NCBI GenBank assembly: GCA_963765495.1 | Contig: CAVXWP010000016.1 | Span: 96,001-160,000, forward strand | Length of the DNA: 64,000 bases | Reading direction: 5' to 3' | DNA from: Blastocatellia bacterium | GTDB taxonomy: Bacteria > Acidobacteriota > Blastocatellia > UBA7656 | Part shown: in pieces, positions 30,444 through 42,455 of the stretch | Layout: the number at the start of each line of letters is the position of its first letter | Numbering within the stretch: position 1 is the first letter of the stretch | The notes under the pieces: model-generated | Seen by the model: only the letters and a program-made list of their open reading frames with translations | What the model was told of the DNA's origin: nothing | The model's database searches: none | Translations under genes and position numbers: made by a program

Positions 30444-30890
30444 ATGAAAGAAATCGTTCGCTGTCTGATCATAATGTCATTCGCCGTTATCTTAGTAGCA
30501 ATGGCGGCCTGTTCGAAGCCGCCTGCCGAAGAGAACACAAACGTAAGCAATACCAATCAATCTACCGAAACGGGAAACAAACTGGCTCCCGGCACTATAC
30601 TGGCCGAAAGAGAGGAGCAAAAGGCAAAAAGGAACCCGAGCCAGCCCGGAAAAGGCACGATCAAAGTTGACTCGCAACCGGCGGGCGCTGCCGTTTTATT
30701 GATAGTGGATGAAGAAGGCGGAGCAGGCGACCCGCAGCCTCGCGGCGTGACTCCGACAGTCATCACAGACGTTGTGCCGGGCAAGTATGCCGTACATCTC
30801 GAGATGCCCGGATACAAGTTCTTTCAAAAAACCGTAGATGTGAAACCCGGTATAATTACCTCCGTCTATGGAAAGCTGAAGAAACAATGA
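30444..30890 (+). CDS. PEGA-domain lipoprotein
   Basis: Lipobox MAAC; IKVDSQPAGA...GVTP...PGKY...PGY. Confidence 0.8.
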   Translation: MKEIVRCLIIMSFAVILVAMAACSKPPAEENTNVSNTNQSTETGNKLAPGTILAEREEQKAKRNPSQPGKGTIKVDSQPAGAAVLLIVDEEGGAGDPQPRGVTPTVITDVVPGKYAVHLEMPGYKFFQKTVDVKPGIITSVYGKLKKQ

Positions 30891-30982
30891 CCCTCGATTT
30901 TGTGTATTTAGCTATTTCGTATATTTAGCCGGAAAGCATTTCATCTGACCGCACCGAGTATGGCCGAAAAGGAGTTTACAAA

Positions 30983-32221
30983 ATGAGCCGTATTAAATCT
31001 GTTATGGTTGCCGCCGCTGTGCTTTTGAGCCTCGCTACGCAAGCGAGTTCACAGGATAAACCTGACGCGTCCGAACTGCTCAAGCGGGTCAGTAAAACGT
31101 ATAAGAACCTCAAGAGCTATCACTTCGAACTGCTCTCCGTGACCGAGTCAACCATAACCGGCGAGCGGGTAAAGCAGACCTCGGAATCGGAGCAGCGAAT
31201 AGTATCGGCAGCCGCCCCTCACGACAGGTTAAGGATCGAGGTGAGCAACCCTTATCTCACGGTAACGGCGATCTCTGACGGCAAGATGGAGTGGATATAT
31301 TTACCCGGACTTAACCAGTACACGGTTGCGGCTACCGGAGAAAGCGATGTAGATGAAGGTGGATTAATCGCCTCGTTTACCTCTCAGGCGCTCAACCTGG
31401 TTTCCTCTTACGAGCATACATTTGAGCGATTGAAAGAGGCTGACATCAAACGTGAAGAGACAATCGAGGTCAACGGACAACAGATACCCTGTTATGTGGT
31501 CGAAGGCACATACAAAGACAAGTCCCCCTCGGTTGAGCCGCCAAGTGTGAGCTATTGGATAGACAAAACCAGAAACATCATTCTGCGCGAAATCGACGAG
31601 GTCAAGACCAAAACGCCTTACGGCAGCCTTATGCAGACAAAGACGACGACCAGGTTCACCGTGGCCAGCATAGATAAACCTGCGCCCGATGATCTGTTCG
31701 CCTTCTCTCCGCCTGCGAGCGCCGAAAAGGTCGCGGAGTTGAATCTGCCGGGAACAAATCGTCCGGCATCGAGAGCCTCTGAGATGGCTGGCAAACAGGC
31801 CGAAGATTTTACGCTTGAAGACCTCAAGGGTCAGCAAGTCAGCCTGAAGAGTTTGCGAGGCAAGGTGGTGTTGTTGAACTTCTGGGCAAGCTGGTGCGGC
31901 CCCTGCCGCGTTGAGATGCCCAACCTTGAAAAGCTACATCGCGAGTTCAAGGATAAAGACCTTGTTGTTTTAGGCATCAACACAGAAGAGGCTGAAAACG
32001 CACGCAAGTTTTTCAAGAGCAGCGGCTTCAGTTTCACCACGCTTCTCGACGAGCAACAGCAGGTTGCCGCAAGCTATCATATCACCGCCATTCCACAGGT
32101 ATTCATAATAGGGAGAGACGGAAAGATAGTCGCGCATTACATAGGGGCTCGAAGTGAAGACGAGTTGCGAGCAGGTTTGAAACAGGCGGGCATCGGCGCG
32201 GCCCAGCCGGCCTCCAGGTAA
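30983..32221 (+). CDS. LolA-like domain fused to a TlpA thiol-disulfide oxidoreductase
   Basis: Signal peptide; ISDGKMEWIYLP...NQYT and FAFSPP (LolA-like); LNFWASWCGPC. Confidence 0.85.
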   Translation: MSRIKSVMVAAAVLLSLATQASSQDKPDASELLKRVSKTYKNLKSYHFELLSVTESTITGERVKQTSESEQRIVSAAAPHDRLRIEVSNPYLTVTAISDGKMEWIYLPGLNQYTVAATGESDVDEGGLIASFTSQALNLVSSYEHTFERLKEADIKREETIEVNGQQIPCYVVEGTYKDKSPSVEPPSVSYWIDKTRNIILREIDEVKTKTPYGSLMQTKTTTRFTVASIDKPAPDDLFAFSPPASAEKVAELNLPGTNRPASRASEMAGKQAEDFTLEDLKGQQVSLKSLRGKVVLLNFWASWCGPCRVEMPNLEKLHREFKDKDLVVLGINTEEAENARKFFKSSGFSFTTLLDEQQQVAASYHITAIPQVFIIGRDGKIVAHYIGARSEDELRAGLKQAGIGAAQPASR

Positions 32222-32257
32222 AGAATAAAACTTCCGCATCATAAATGAAAAACCGCT

Positions 32258-32860
32258 ATGAATGACAAGCCGATAAAGGTTGACCCCGTCACGCTCGACG
32301 GCCTTCACGTGCGCCTCGAGACTTTGAGCCTCGAACATCATCCGGCGCTGTGCGATGCCGGGCTGGACGAAGAGCTATGGCGCTGGACCACCGCATTTAT
32401 CCGAACGCCCGAAAACATGCGCAAGTACATTGAGACGGCGTTGAAAGAACTGGCCGAAGGCACGGCCCTGCCTTTTGCGACCGTTGACAAAGCCTCGAAT
32501 CGCGTAGTGGGCAGCACTCGATTTGCAAATATAGACAGATTCAATCGCCGGCTTGAGATCGGCTGGACCTGGATCGCCCGCCCCTTTCAACGTACGGTCG
32601 TCAACACCGAAGCAAAATACCTGATGCTAAGACATGCATTTGAGACGCTCGGCTGTATTCGAGTCGAGTTAAAAACCGATTCGCTCAACGAGCGGTCGAG
32701 ACGCGCGATCCTTCGCATAGGCGCGAAAGAAGAAGGCGTATTTCGCAATCATATGATCTGCGCGGACGGGCGTCTGCGCCATTCGGTTTACTACAGCATC
32801 ATCGATTCGGAATGGCCCGAGGTAAAGACCGGTCTCGAAGAAAAATTGAATCGCGCCTGA
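32258..32860 (+). CDS. GNAT N-acetyltransferase (RimJ/RimL-like)
   Basis: VGSTR, EIGWTW, NTEAKYLML, NERSRRAI, GAKEEG. Confidence 0.92.
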   Translation: MNDKPIKVDPVTLDGLHVRLETLSLEHHPALCDAGLDEELWRWTTAFIRTPENMRKYIETALKELAEGTALPFATVDKASNRVVGSTRFANIDRFNRRLEIGWTWIARPFQRTVVNTEAKYLMLRHAFETLGCIRVELKTDSLNERSRRAILRIGAKEEGVFRNHMICADGRLRHSVYYSIIDSEWPEVKTGLEEKLNRA

Positions 32861-32861
32861 T

Positions 32862-32899
32862 AAATCTCGAATTTGAGATTGAGATTTGAGATCTCAGAT
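32862..32899. repeat. Heptamer array (family A) between convergent genes
   Basis: aaatctcgaatttgagattgagatttgagatctcagat. Confidence 0.7.
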
Positions 32900-32924
32900 G
32901 AGCGGCATAATCTTCAACTAAAGT

Positions 32925-34331
32925 TTAGGGCCGCGAATACAAATCTATGACTCGCTCGATAGCCCGTCTGCACACGGCGCAGAAAGGCACGTCGTTGCGC
33001 GTAAACATGATGCAATCCGCTTCGGGGCGATAATAACCCCTGGCCTCGTACATCGCGCCTTCGAAAGCGCCTACCTTGCCGTAATATTTTTCGGAAGACA
33101 GTTGTCGGCTTTCGTGTTCTTTCTCTTCCAGAAAGAGCGCGTCCATCTCTTTTTCAGGTCGGCCAAGCCTGCGAATCTCTCGCCTGCGTTTCTGGATTTC
33201 GAGCGAGTATTTTTCAAACTCTTCCTTATTCCAGGGCGTGGGAATCGGCGTACCCGGCGCGACCAGGTCTTTCCACTTCAGGTTATCGGGGTCGAGCAGC
33301 GCCGTGGCGTTTGGCTCCCACGGCTCCACGCGGTCGGTGGCGGGCGCATAAGCCACCGATGAAGTGTAGTATTCATCGGCAAGCCCGGCGATGTGGTGCC
33401 CGAATTCATGGATAAAGACGTACGGCGACCAGAGACTGTCGGCGGCTACGGTCGAGTAAAGACCGAATATGCCCCCGCCGCCGTAGGTCTGGTTGTTGAC
33501 GAGTATCTCTACGAACTCGTAGGGCGCAAACGAAGCGATGGTGCGAAAGGCCCGGTTGTCAAAGGTCAGGACGTATCGCTCCGAGCCGAAAGCGTCATAA
33601 GTTGCCCCTAGCGGCGACCCGTGATGCACTCCGGTCGAAGGACGCGAGACTCCCGATTCAGCCGAAGGCGGGCAAAGCGCCCAGACATTGAAATCCGACC
33701 GCCGTTCCTTGAAAGGCGATTTCGAGAAAAGGATGTCGGAAAGCCTTCGCGCATCCTTCTCGAATTTGCCGCGCTCGGCCAGGGTGTACCCGTCGCCGAG
33801 TATGAGAAAGTCAACCTTTGAAGCCGGGTCGCCGCTGTTTTGAATCTCGATGAGCGGCCCGGGCGAGGCGGGCTTCGAAGTGTCTACGAACATATCTGCC
33901 GGGTCGAGTATGGTTGACCAGATTTCGCGAAAGGCATTATGAGCATCGCGCTTTTTCAGGACTACCTGAACGACGGATGCGGGCGCGGGAAAGCGAAGCG
34001 ATTCGTGAAAGGTGCGATTGACGGTCTTCGCCTCATCAGTAGTCTCCCACTCGCCGTAGATCGAAGCGAAGCCGCGCGAGTAAAGCAGGCGATTCGTCTT
34101 GCGGTCAATCACCTCGAAGAGATACTTGCCCAGGTTTGTATCGTCAATCGGCTTCTGCGGGTTTCCCGGCCAGGGAAGCGGTTCGATGACGACCCGGTCT
34201 ACGCTGAATATTTCCTGAGAAGCGTTACCCGTGTGATAGTAATCCAGCCGCATAGTCGGCGTGGCCGCAGAAGCCGCTACGGCAAAGATCGTGAGCAGAA
34301 TGGGGAGTGAGACAAAAAGTTTCATAATCAT
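32925..34331 (-). CDS. Peptidase M64 (IgA peptidase family), secreted
   Basis: LGDGYT, YGGGG, HEFGHHIAGLADEY, CIM...FCAVC; the longer ORF's N-terminus is translated repeat. Confidence 0.92.
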   Translation of the reverse strand: MIMKLFVSLPILLTIFAVAASAATPTMRLDYYHTGNASQEIFSVDRVVIEPLPWPGNPQKPIDDTNLGKYLFEVIDRKTNRLLYSRGFASIYGEWETTDEAKTVNRTFHESLRFPAPASVVQVVLKKRDAHNAFREIWSTILDPADMFVDTSKPASPGPLIEIQNSGDPASKVDFLILGDGYTLAERGKFEKDARRLSDILFSKSPFKERRSDFNVWALCPPSAESGVSRPSTGVHHGSPLGATYDAFGSERYVLTFDNRAFRTIASFAPYEFVEILVNNQTYGGGGIFGLYSTVAADSLWSPYVFIHEFGHHIAGLADEYYTSSVAYAPATDRVEPWEPNATALLDPDNLKWKDLVAPGTPIPTPWNKEEFEKYSLEIQKRRREIRRLGRPEKEMDALFLEEKEHESRQLSSEKYYGKVGAFEGAMYEARGYYRPEADCIMFTRNDVPFCAVCRRAIERVIDLYSRP

Positions 34332-34382
34332 ATCAGCGATCATACCTCGCAGTGTTATTGAAAATCGCAGTAACTCAAAGTA

Positions 34383-34443
34383 GCCACAGAGGCACAGAGA
34401 AAAGATTATAAAGAAATCTCTGTGTCTTTGTGTCTGCGGTGGC
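34383..34443. repeat. REP-like palindrome (CACAGAG/CTCTGTG type)
   Basis: gccacagaggcacagaga ... tctctgtgtctttgtgtctgcggtggc. Confidence 0.75.
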
Positions 34444-34479
34444 AAATCTTCCCCCTCTCAAGAGAGGCTGGGAATCGAG

Positions 34480-34935
34480 TCATCGAGAAGCCGACCGACC
34501 TGCCCTGCCCGTGCTGCCGAATCCGCCCTCGCCGCGTGACGTAAGGTCGAGCTCTTTTACCTCGACTACGGTTGCCTCGACTACTTTTTGAATCACGAGT
34601 TGAGCTATGCGGTCGCCGCGATGAATGTGAAACGGCTCGCGTTTGTCTGTGTTGAGCATGATGATCCTGAGTTCGCCGCGATAGCCCGCGTCAATAAGAC
34701 CGGGCGAGTTCACGCACGCTATTCCGTGACGCGCGGCAAGCCCGCTGCGAATCATCACAAACCCGGCGTAGCCCGGCGGTATCGCGACCGATACTCCGGT
34801 AGGGATCATGGCGCGCTCGCCCGGTTCAAGAACGAAATCTACGCGGCTGGGCAGATCAAGTCCGGCATCGCCTTCGTGCTGATAACGAGGTGCGGGCAAG
34901 TCTTCTTCGAGCATCTTGACGGCAAGCTCTATCAT
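34480..34935 (-). CDS. dut: dUTP diphosphatase
   Basis: AGLDL, RSGLA, GLIDAGYRGE, GDRIAQLV, RGEGGFGSTG. Confidence 0.97.
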   Translation of the reverse strand: MIELAVKMLEEDLPAPRYQHEGDAGLDLPSRVDFVLEPGERAMIPTGVSVAIPPGYAGFVMIRSGLAARHGIACVNSPGLIDAGYRGELRIIMLNTDKREPFHIHRGDRIAQLVIQKVVEATVVEVKELDLTSRGEGGFGSTGRAGRSASR

Positions 34936-34994
34936 CGTTTGCCTGCTCCAAAGTCTTTGACAGGGTTAAAGGGAATTATAAAATTTTGAGCCCC

Positions 34995-35591
34995 TCATTT
35001 GAACTCGACCGATTTGATGAAATCCATGTACTGCTGGTCCTGGCCGGCAATTGTCTTTTCGGGGCCGACCAGTTTGACGAAGTAAGCGCCCTTCGGCGTT
35101 TCGATGACCGCCCCGCGAAGACGGTACCCGGCGTTGTTGTGATGGTCGCCGCTGCCCGGCGACATCTCCGCCGTGTAGGTTCCCGAAACATCCACGAGCG
35201 ACACTTTCAACCCGTTCACCGTCATGGTTTCGGTCCGGGCCTTCTCCTTTGGGGAGCCGCCGTCGGGTTGTTCCATCTGGCCTATCCAGCGATCCAGATT
35301 GGCCTCGGTAGAACCGCCCTGCCCCTCGCCAAAATAATAGACGACAAGCGAAGCATCCGCCGCGTCTCCTTCGGCTCGCGGCAGTTTGTACTGGGCCACT
35401 CTCATGTTGGAAGAAGGCGGTTCCTCCATCCACCCGGAGGGGGTTTTGAAATGCAGCCCGCTCGATGACGAACCTGCTTGAGTAGAAGCGGGCGCGCTCG
35501 CGGAATTTGCAGTATAGCCGTTGTCGGAACACGCCCAGCAAAGAACTAACAGAGGCAGTAATATTCCTGCTCTTTTGATCAAGTTAAACAT
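34995..35591 (-). CDS. Hypothetical lipoprotein
   Basis: Lipobox CWAC; GGSTEANLDRWIGQ, FVKLVGP. Confidence 0.75.
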   Translation of the reverse strand: MFNLIKRAGILLPLLVLCWACSDNGYTANSASAPASTQAGSSSSGLHFKTPSGWMEEPPSSNMRVAQYKLPRAEGDAADASLVVYYFGEGQGGSTEANLDRWIGQMEQPDGGSPKEKARTETMTVNGLKVSLVDVSGTYTAEMSPGSGDHHNNAGYRLRGAVIETPKGAYFVKLVGPEKTIAGQDQQYMDFIKSVEFK

Positions 35592-35667
35592 GTAGTGAAC
35601 CTTTCCTGACCGACAGTTAAACCCTCAGGTTTTTGCGCTGGAAATGGCTTCATTCCCACCCGTTCAT

Positions 35668-35715
35668 ATGAGATTTGAAAGCTGAGATTTGAGATTTGAG
35701 ACCCAAAATCTCAGA
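35668..35715. repeat. Heptamer array (family A) after alaS
   Basis: tgagatt-tgaaagc-tgagatt-tgagatt-tgagacc-caaaatctcaga. Confidence 0.75.
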
Positions 35716-35719
35716 CAGG

Positions 35720-38481
<2,762 letters not shown>

Positions 38482-38626
38482 TTATAGCAATTTTGAATTG
38501 TGCGTAACAGGCGGCGACCATATTGAATGCCAATTTGAAAGAGAGGAGAGTGAGAATAGACCGGGTCCCGTTAAAGTTTCACCTTGCGCGAATGTGCCGC
38601 GCTTGCCATTATCGAAATCTAAGCTT

Positions 38627-40378
38627 ATGAAACCCGAAGAACTTTCACTGTTTGAGCTTTTGCAAATAGACGAGGCCGCCGGGACCATTTATTTCAAAAA
38701 CCGGCGGATGCTGATCTTTGACGCCGACGCGATGGGGCTGCTGCGAAAAGAGCTTATAGAACATCTCGGGGTCGGGCTTGCCCGGCAGATACTCGCCCGC
38801 TTTGGCTATGCCAGAGGCTATCGCGATGCGCTCACTTCGAAGGAGATGTTCGAATGGGAGACGCTCAAACAGTGGTGGAAGGCCGGTACGCGCCTGCACG
38901 CCCTCGAAGGCATAGTCGGCGTGCGCCCGATCATATTCAGGCTCGATGAGCAGACGGGCGATTTCGAGGTCGAAGCCGAATGGATCAATTCGTATGAAGC
39001 CGAGCAACACCTCAAACACATAGGCAAAAGCGATACGCCCGTTTGCTGGACGCTGACAGGTTACGCAAGCGGCTACACATCGGCGGTTCTCGGTCGAAAC
39101 GTCTTTTATTTCGAGCGCGAATGCATAGGCCGGGGCGATGACAGGTGTCTTGTCTTTGCAAAATCCGATCTCGATCAGCGGGGCGAGGATGCGCGCCGCG
39201 CGATGGAGCATTACCACATCGAGGATTTCGACATTCAGCAAATCGTCGAAGGAAGAACCCGCGTCAGACAATTGATGGTTGAGCTTGATCAGAGATCGAA
39301 AGCCCTGACCGCCGAGCGCGAACGGGTCGAAGAACTTCAATCCCAGGTGATTTATCTGCAAGAGGCGATAAATCAAAACTACAACATCAACGAATTGATC
39401 GGCACAAGCGCCGCCTTTCGTCAGGTGATGAATGAAGTAAACCGCATCGCCCAATCGGATGTGACCGTGCTGATATCGGGCGAGACCGGAACCGGCAAGG
39501 AAATCATAGCCCGCTCCATCCACGCGCAAAGCCGGCGGCGCGGCAAGCCCCTCGTTACGGTCAATTGCGCTGCCTTGCCATCGGGGCTTGTCGAGAGCGA
39601 GTTGTTCGGGCACGAAAAGGGCGCGTTCACAGGGGCGAGCGGGCGAAAACTCGGACGATTCGAAATCGCAAATCAGGCTACTATCTTCCTTGATGAAGTC
39701 GGAGAATTGTCGCTCGAAACTCAGGCGAAGTTTCTTCGAGTCTTGCAGGAAGGAGAGTTCGAACGCGTAGGCTCTACCAGAACAATCAAGGTTGATGTGA
39801 GAGTCATCGCAGCCACCAACCAACCGCTCGCCCGGCTGGTTGAGGAAGGCAAATTCCGCTCTGATCTTTTCTATCGCCTTAATGTTTTCCCCTTGCAGGT
39901 TCCGCCTTTGCGCGAGCGAGGCAACGATATAGTTTTGCTGACAAATTACTTCGCGCAGAAATTTCGCGTCCTCTTCAAAAAGAATATATCCTCGATAAGT
40001 CAGGCATCGCTTGAGCGACTTCAGAGCTATTCCTGGCCCGGCAACATCCGCGAACTCGAACACATAATCGAGCGCGCCGTTCTGCTTTCGGATGGAGAGG
40101 TCCTGACGATTGATTTGCCGATCGCAAACACAGCCCCGGCCTTATCGGATCACGCACCTGCAAACAACTCACCTGCAAACAACTCACCTGCAAACAACTC
40201 ACCTGCCCCCCTCGTTACCCTCGAAGAGATGGAACGCGGCTATATTGAGCGCGTCCTCAAACACACAAAAGGAATGATAGGGGGGAAGGGCGGCGCGGCA
40301 GACATTCTTGGCCTGCCCGCCTCTACCCTGCGCAGTCGCATGAAAAAACTCGGCATGAAAAAGCTCGGCATGAAATAG
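38627..40378 (+). CDS. XylR_N/V4R-sensor sigma54-dependent transcriptional activator
   Basis: XylR/DmpR-type N-terminus (NRRMLIF, PVCWTLTGYASG, ECIGRGDDRC), GETGTGKE, GAFTGA, WPGNIREL, C-terminal HTH. Confidence 0.93.
   Translation: MKPEELSLFELLQIDEAAGTIYFKNRRMLIFDADAMGLLRKELIEHLGVGLARQILARFGYARGYRDALTSKEMFEWETLKQWWKAGTRLHALEGIVGVRPIIFRLDEQTGDFEVEAEWINSYEAEQHLKHIGKSDTPVCWTLTGYASGYTSAVLGRNVFYFERECIGRGDDRCLVFAKSDLDQRGEDARRAMEHYHIEDFDIQQIVEGRTRVRQLMVELDQRSKALTAERERVEELQSQVIYLQEAINQNYNINELIGTSAAFRQVMNEVNRIAQSDVTVLISGETGTGKEIIARSIHAQSRRRGKPLVTVNCAALPSGLVESELFGHEKGAFTGASGRKLGRFEIANQATIFLDEVGELSLETQAKFLRVLQEGEFERVGSTRTIKVDVRVIAATNQPLARLVEEGKFRSDLFYRLNVFPLQVPPLRERGNDIVLLTNYFAQKFRVLFKKNISSISQASLERLQSYSWPGNIRELEHIIERAVLLSDGEVLTIDLPIANTAPALSDHAPANNSPANNSPANNSPAPLVTLEEMERGYIERVLKHTKGMIGGKGGAADILGLPASTLRSRMKKLGMKKLGMK
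40155..40206 (+). repeat. In-frame 15-bp tandem repeat x3.5 (PANNS)
   Basis: cacctgcaaacaact x3 + cacctgc in the AAA-HTH linker. Confidence 0.9.
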
Positions 40379-40446
40379 CCCCGCGAGACGGCGGATTTTC
40401 AGACCTGTTTTCGATCTTCCTCGTGATTTATTTCCAGCTTCACCTT

Positions 40447-40482
40447 GACGCGACATATCGCGTCGACACGAAATATCGCGTC
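40447..40482. promoter_or_regulatory. Tandem palindromic enhancer (UAS) candidate
   Basis: GACGCGA-CATA-TCGCGTC followed directly by GACACGA-AATA-TCGCGTC, about 100-135 bp upstream of a GG-N10-GC element. Confidence 0.7.
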
Positions 40483-40580
40483 GAAATCTTTTCGACTTTA
40501 TCTGCCCGATTCTAATTGCACGCGAGCGTAAACATTATCTATCAAGAGTTTAGGCTCACAAGCGCGATCTCCGTCAGATG

Positions 40581-40596
40581 TGGAAGGGGGATTGCA
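40581..40596 (+). promoter_or_regulatory. Putative sigma54 promoter
   Basis: TGGAAGGGGGATTGCA = GG-N10-GC. Confidence 0.6.
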
Positions 40597-40622
40597 ATAT
40601 CTATAGACGGAGGTTTGGATTA

Positions 40623-40904
40623 ATGAGCGTGCGCATATCTCAAGCTGAGGATCGAAGCACCGGGCAGACATCGCTGCGGGTGGAAGGCTCACTTACGGGC
40701 GAGGCGGTCGAGTTGCTCGAAAATCTTTGCCTGAACCTGCTCAAGCAGCCCGAGACCAGTGTAGTCATCAATCTGGGCGAGGTCGATTTTCTCAACGAAG
40801 ACGCGGCCAGATTATTATGTCGCCTCAAGCGCGAGCAGGGAATTTCACTGGAAGGATGCCGGCTTTTCACTCGGCAGGTCATAGAGGATATGAACGCCTC
40901 ATAG
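40623..40904 (+). CDS. Small STAS-like domain protein
   Basis: LRVEGSLTG, VVINLGEVDFLNEDA; RBS ggagg. Confidence 0.75.
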   Translation: MSVRISQAEDRSTGQTSLRVEGSLTGEAVELLENLCLNLLKQPETSVVINLGEVDFLNEDAARLLCRLKREQGISLEGCRLFTRQVIEDMNAS

Positions 40905-40936
40905 CAATCGGCAGGTTAGAGATCGAGGAAGGAACT

Positions 40937-42394
40937 ATGTCGAAAGTAATAGACGAAAATAGAGAGGGACAATTCGCCTTTGACGGCGACCGGGACGATG
41001 CAGAGTTGCCGGAGATAAACGAAGAGGAATTGAAAAATCTGCTCCGCTCAGCCCCCGCAGAACAACCCGACGCAGAGCAGCCGCTCAGAAAGAAACGGCC
41101 TCTTTATAAACGGCCTGTTGCGATTCTCATCGCGTCATTGCTGGTTATTGCGGGGCTCATTTTCGGGACGCGATACTACCTTTACGCAAGCGCGCACGAA
41201 TCCACGGACGATGCTTTTATAGATGCGCGCATCATACAGATAAGCCCGCAGGTGACCGGCCATATCCTGAAGGTCTATGTTTCAGACAATCAGGAAGTAA
41301 AGAAGGGCGATCTATTGGCAGAGATAGACCCTCGCGATTACCAGGCGCGTCTCGATCAGGCCAGCGCCGCGTTGCAGGCTGCCCAGACAAAACAGCAGGC
41401 TGCCCAGATAAACGTAGGGTTGACAACCACTACATCGAGCGCGGGCGTCGAGCAGGCCGCATCTCAGGTAGAGATGGCGAAATCGGGTGTTGAAACGGCT
41501 CGCGCTCAGGTGAGCGCCGCCGAAGGGCGTTTGGAGCAGGCGCGAGCGCAGGTGAAGACCGCTCAGGCAAACGTGGCTCAGGCGCGGGCACAGGTCGAAG
41601 CGGCACAGGCGGAAGCCGTCCGCGCACAGGCCGATCAGGTGCGGTATCAGAAGTTGTACGAGTCCGAAGACGTATCGCGCCAGCAACTCGATAACGCCAT
41701 AGCGACGGCGCGAACGGCGAACGCGCAGCTTGAGGCGGCGCGAACAAAAGCCGCAGCCACGGAAGCTCAGGTGGCCGAAGCCCGCGCCGCCGAAGGAGCG
41801 GCCGAGGGAAATCTGCAACAGGCAAGGTCGGGGATCACAACCGCTCTGGCTCACGTAGGCGAAACCGCCGGACAATTAGCCGCCGCCAATTCCGCGCCTC
41901 AGCAGGTCGCGGCTAGCCGGTCTCAGGCTCAGACCGCGAGCGCCGACGTTCAACAGGCGCAGGCCAACGTAGCTCAGGCGGAACTCAACCTCTCATATAC
42001 AAAGATATATGCGCCCGAAGACGGGCGGGTGGCTCGCAAATCTATAGAAGAGGGCGCGTTTGTGCAGATCGGTCAGTTGCTTATGGCCGTCGTCCCCGAC
42101 GAGCTTTGGGTTACGGCCAACTTCAAAGAGACCCAGCTTGACAACATAAAGCCGGGCGAGCCGGTCGAAATAAAGACGGATGCCTATCCAGATAAAGTAT
42201 TCAAGGGACACGTTGACAGCATACAGGCGGGTACGGGCGCGCGCTTCAGCTTGCTTCCGCCGGAAAACGCTACGGGCAATTACGTCAAGGTCGTGCAGCG
42301 CGTGCCGGTAAAGATAGTCTTTGATGAACAGCCCGACCCCAGTTACCCGCTCGGCCCCGGCATGTCCGTGATCCCGGAAGTAAAGATTCAGTGA
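40937..42394 (+). CDS. emrA: HlyD/EmrA membrane fusion protein
   Basis: ESTDDAF, long coiled coil, ANFKETQL, FSLLPPENATGNYVKVVQRVPV. Confidence 0.92.
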   Translation: MSKVIDENREGQFAFDGDRDDAELPEINEEELKNLLRSAPAEQPDAEQPLRKKRPLYKRPVAILIASLLVIAGLIFGTRYYLYASAHESTDDAFIDARIIQISPQVTGHILKVYVSDNQEVKKGDLLAEIDPRDYQARLDQASAALQAAQTKQQAAQINVGLTTTTSSAGVEQAASQVEMAKSGVETARAQVSAAEGRLEQARAQVKTAQANVAQARAQVEAAQAEAVRAQADQVRYQKLYESEDVSRQQLDNAIATARTANAQLEAARTKAAATEAQVAEARAAEGAAEGNLQQARSGITTALAHVGETAGQLAAANSAPQQVAASRSQAQTASADVQQAQANVAQAELNLSYTKIYAPEDGRVARKSIEEGAFVQIGQLLMAVVPDELWVTANFKETQLDNIKPGEPVEIKTDAYPDKVFKGHVDSIQAGTGARFSLLPPENATGNYVKVVQRVPVKIVFDEQPDPSYPLGPGMSVIPEVKIQ

Positions 42395-42455
42395 ACCAGA
42401 GCGGTTAAAGACCGCCCGGTCATGAGAGCGTGAAAGCGGACAAGGAAGAGTCAAG

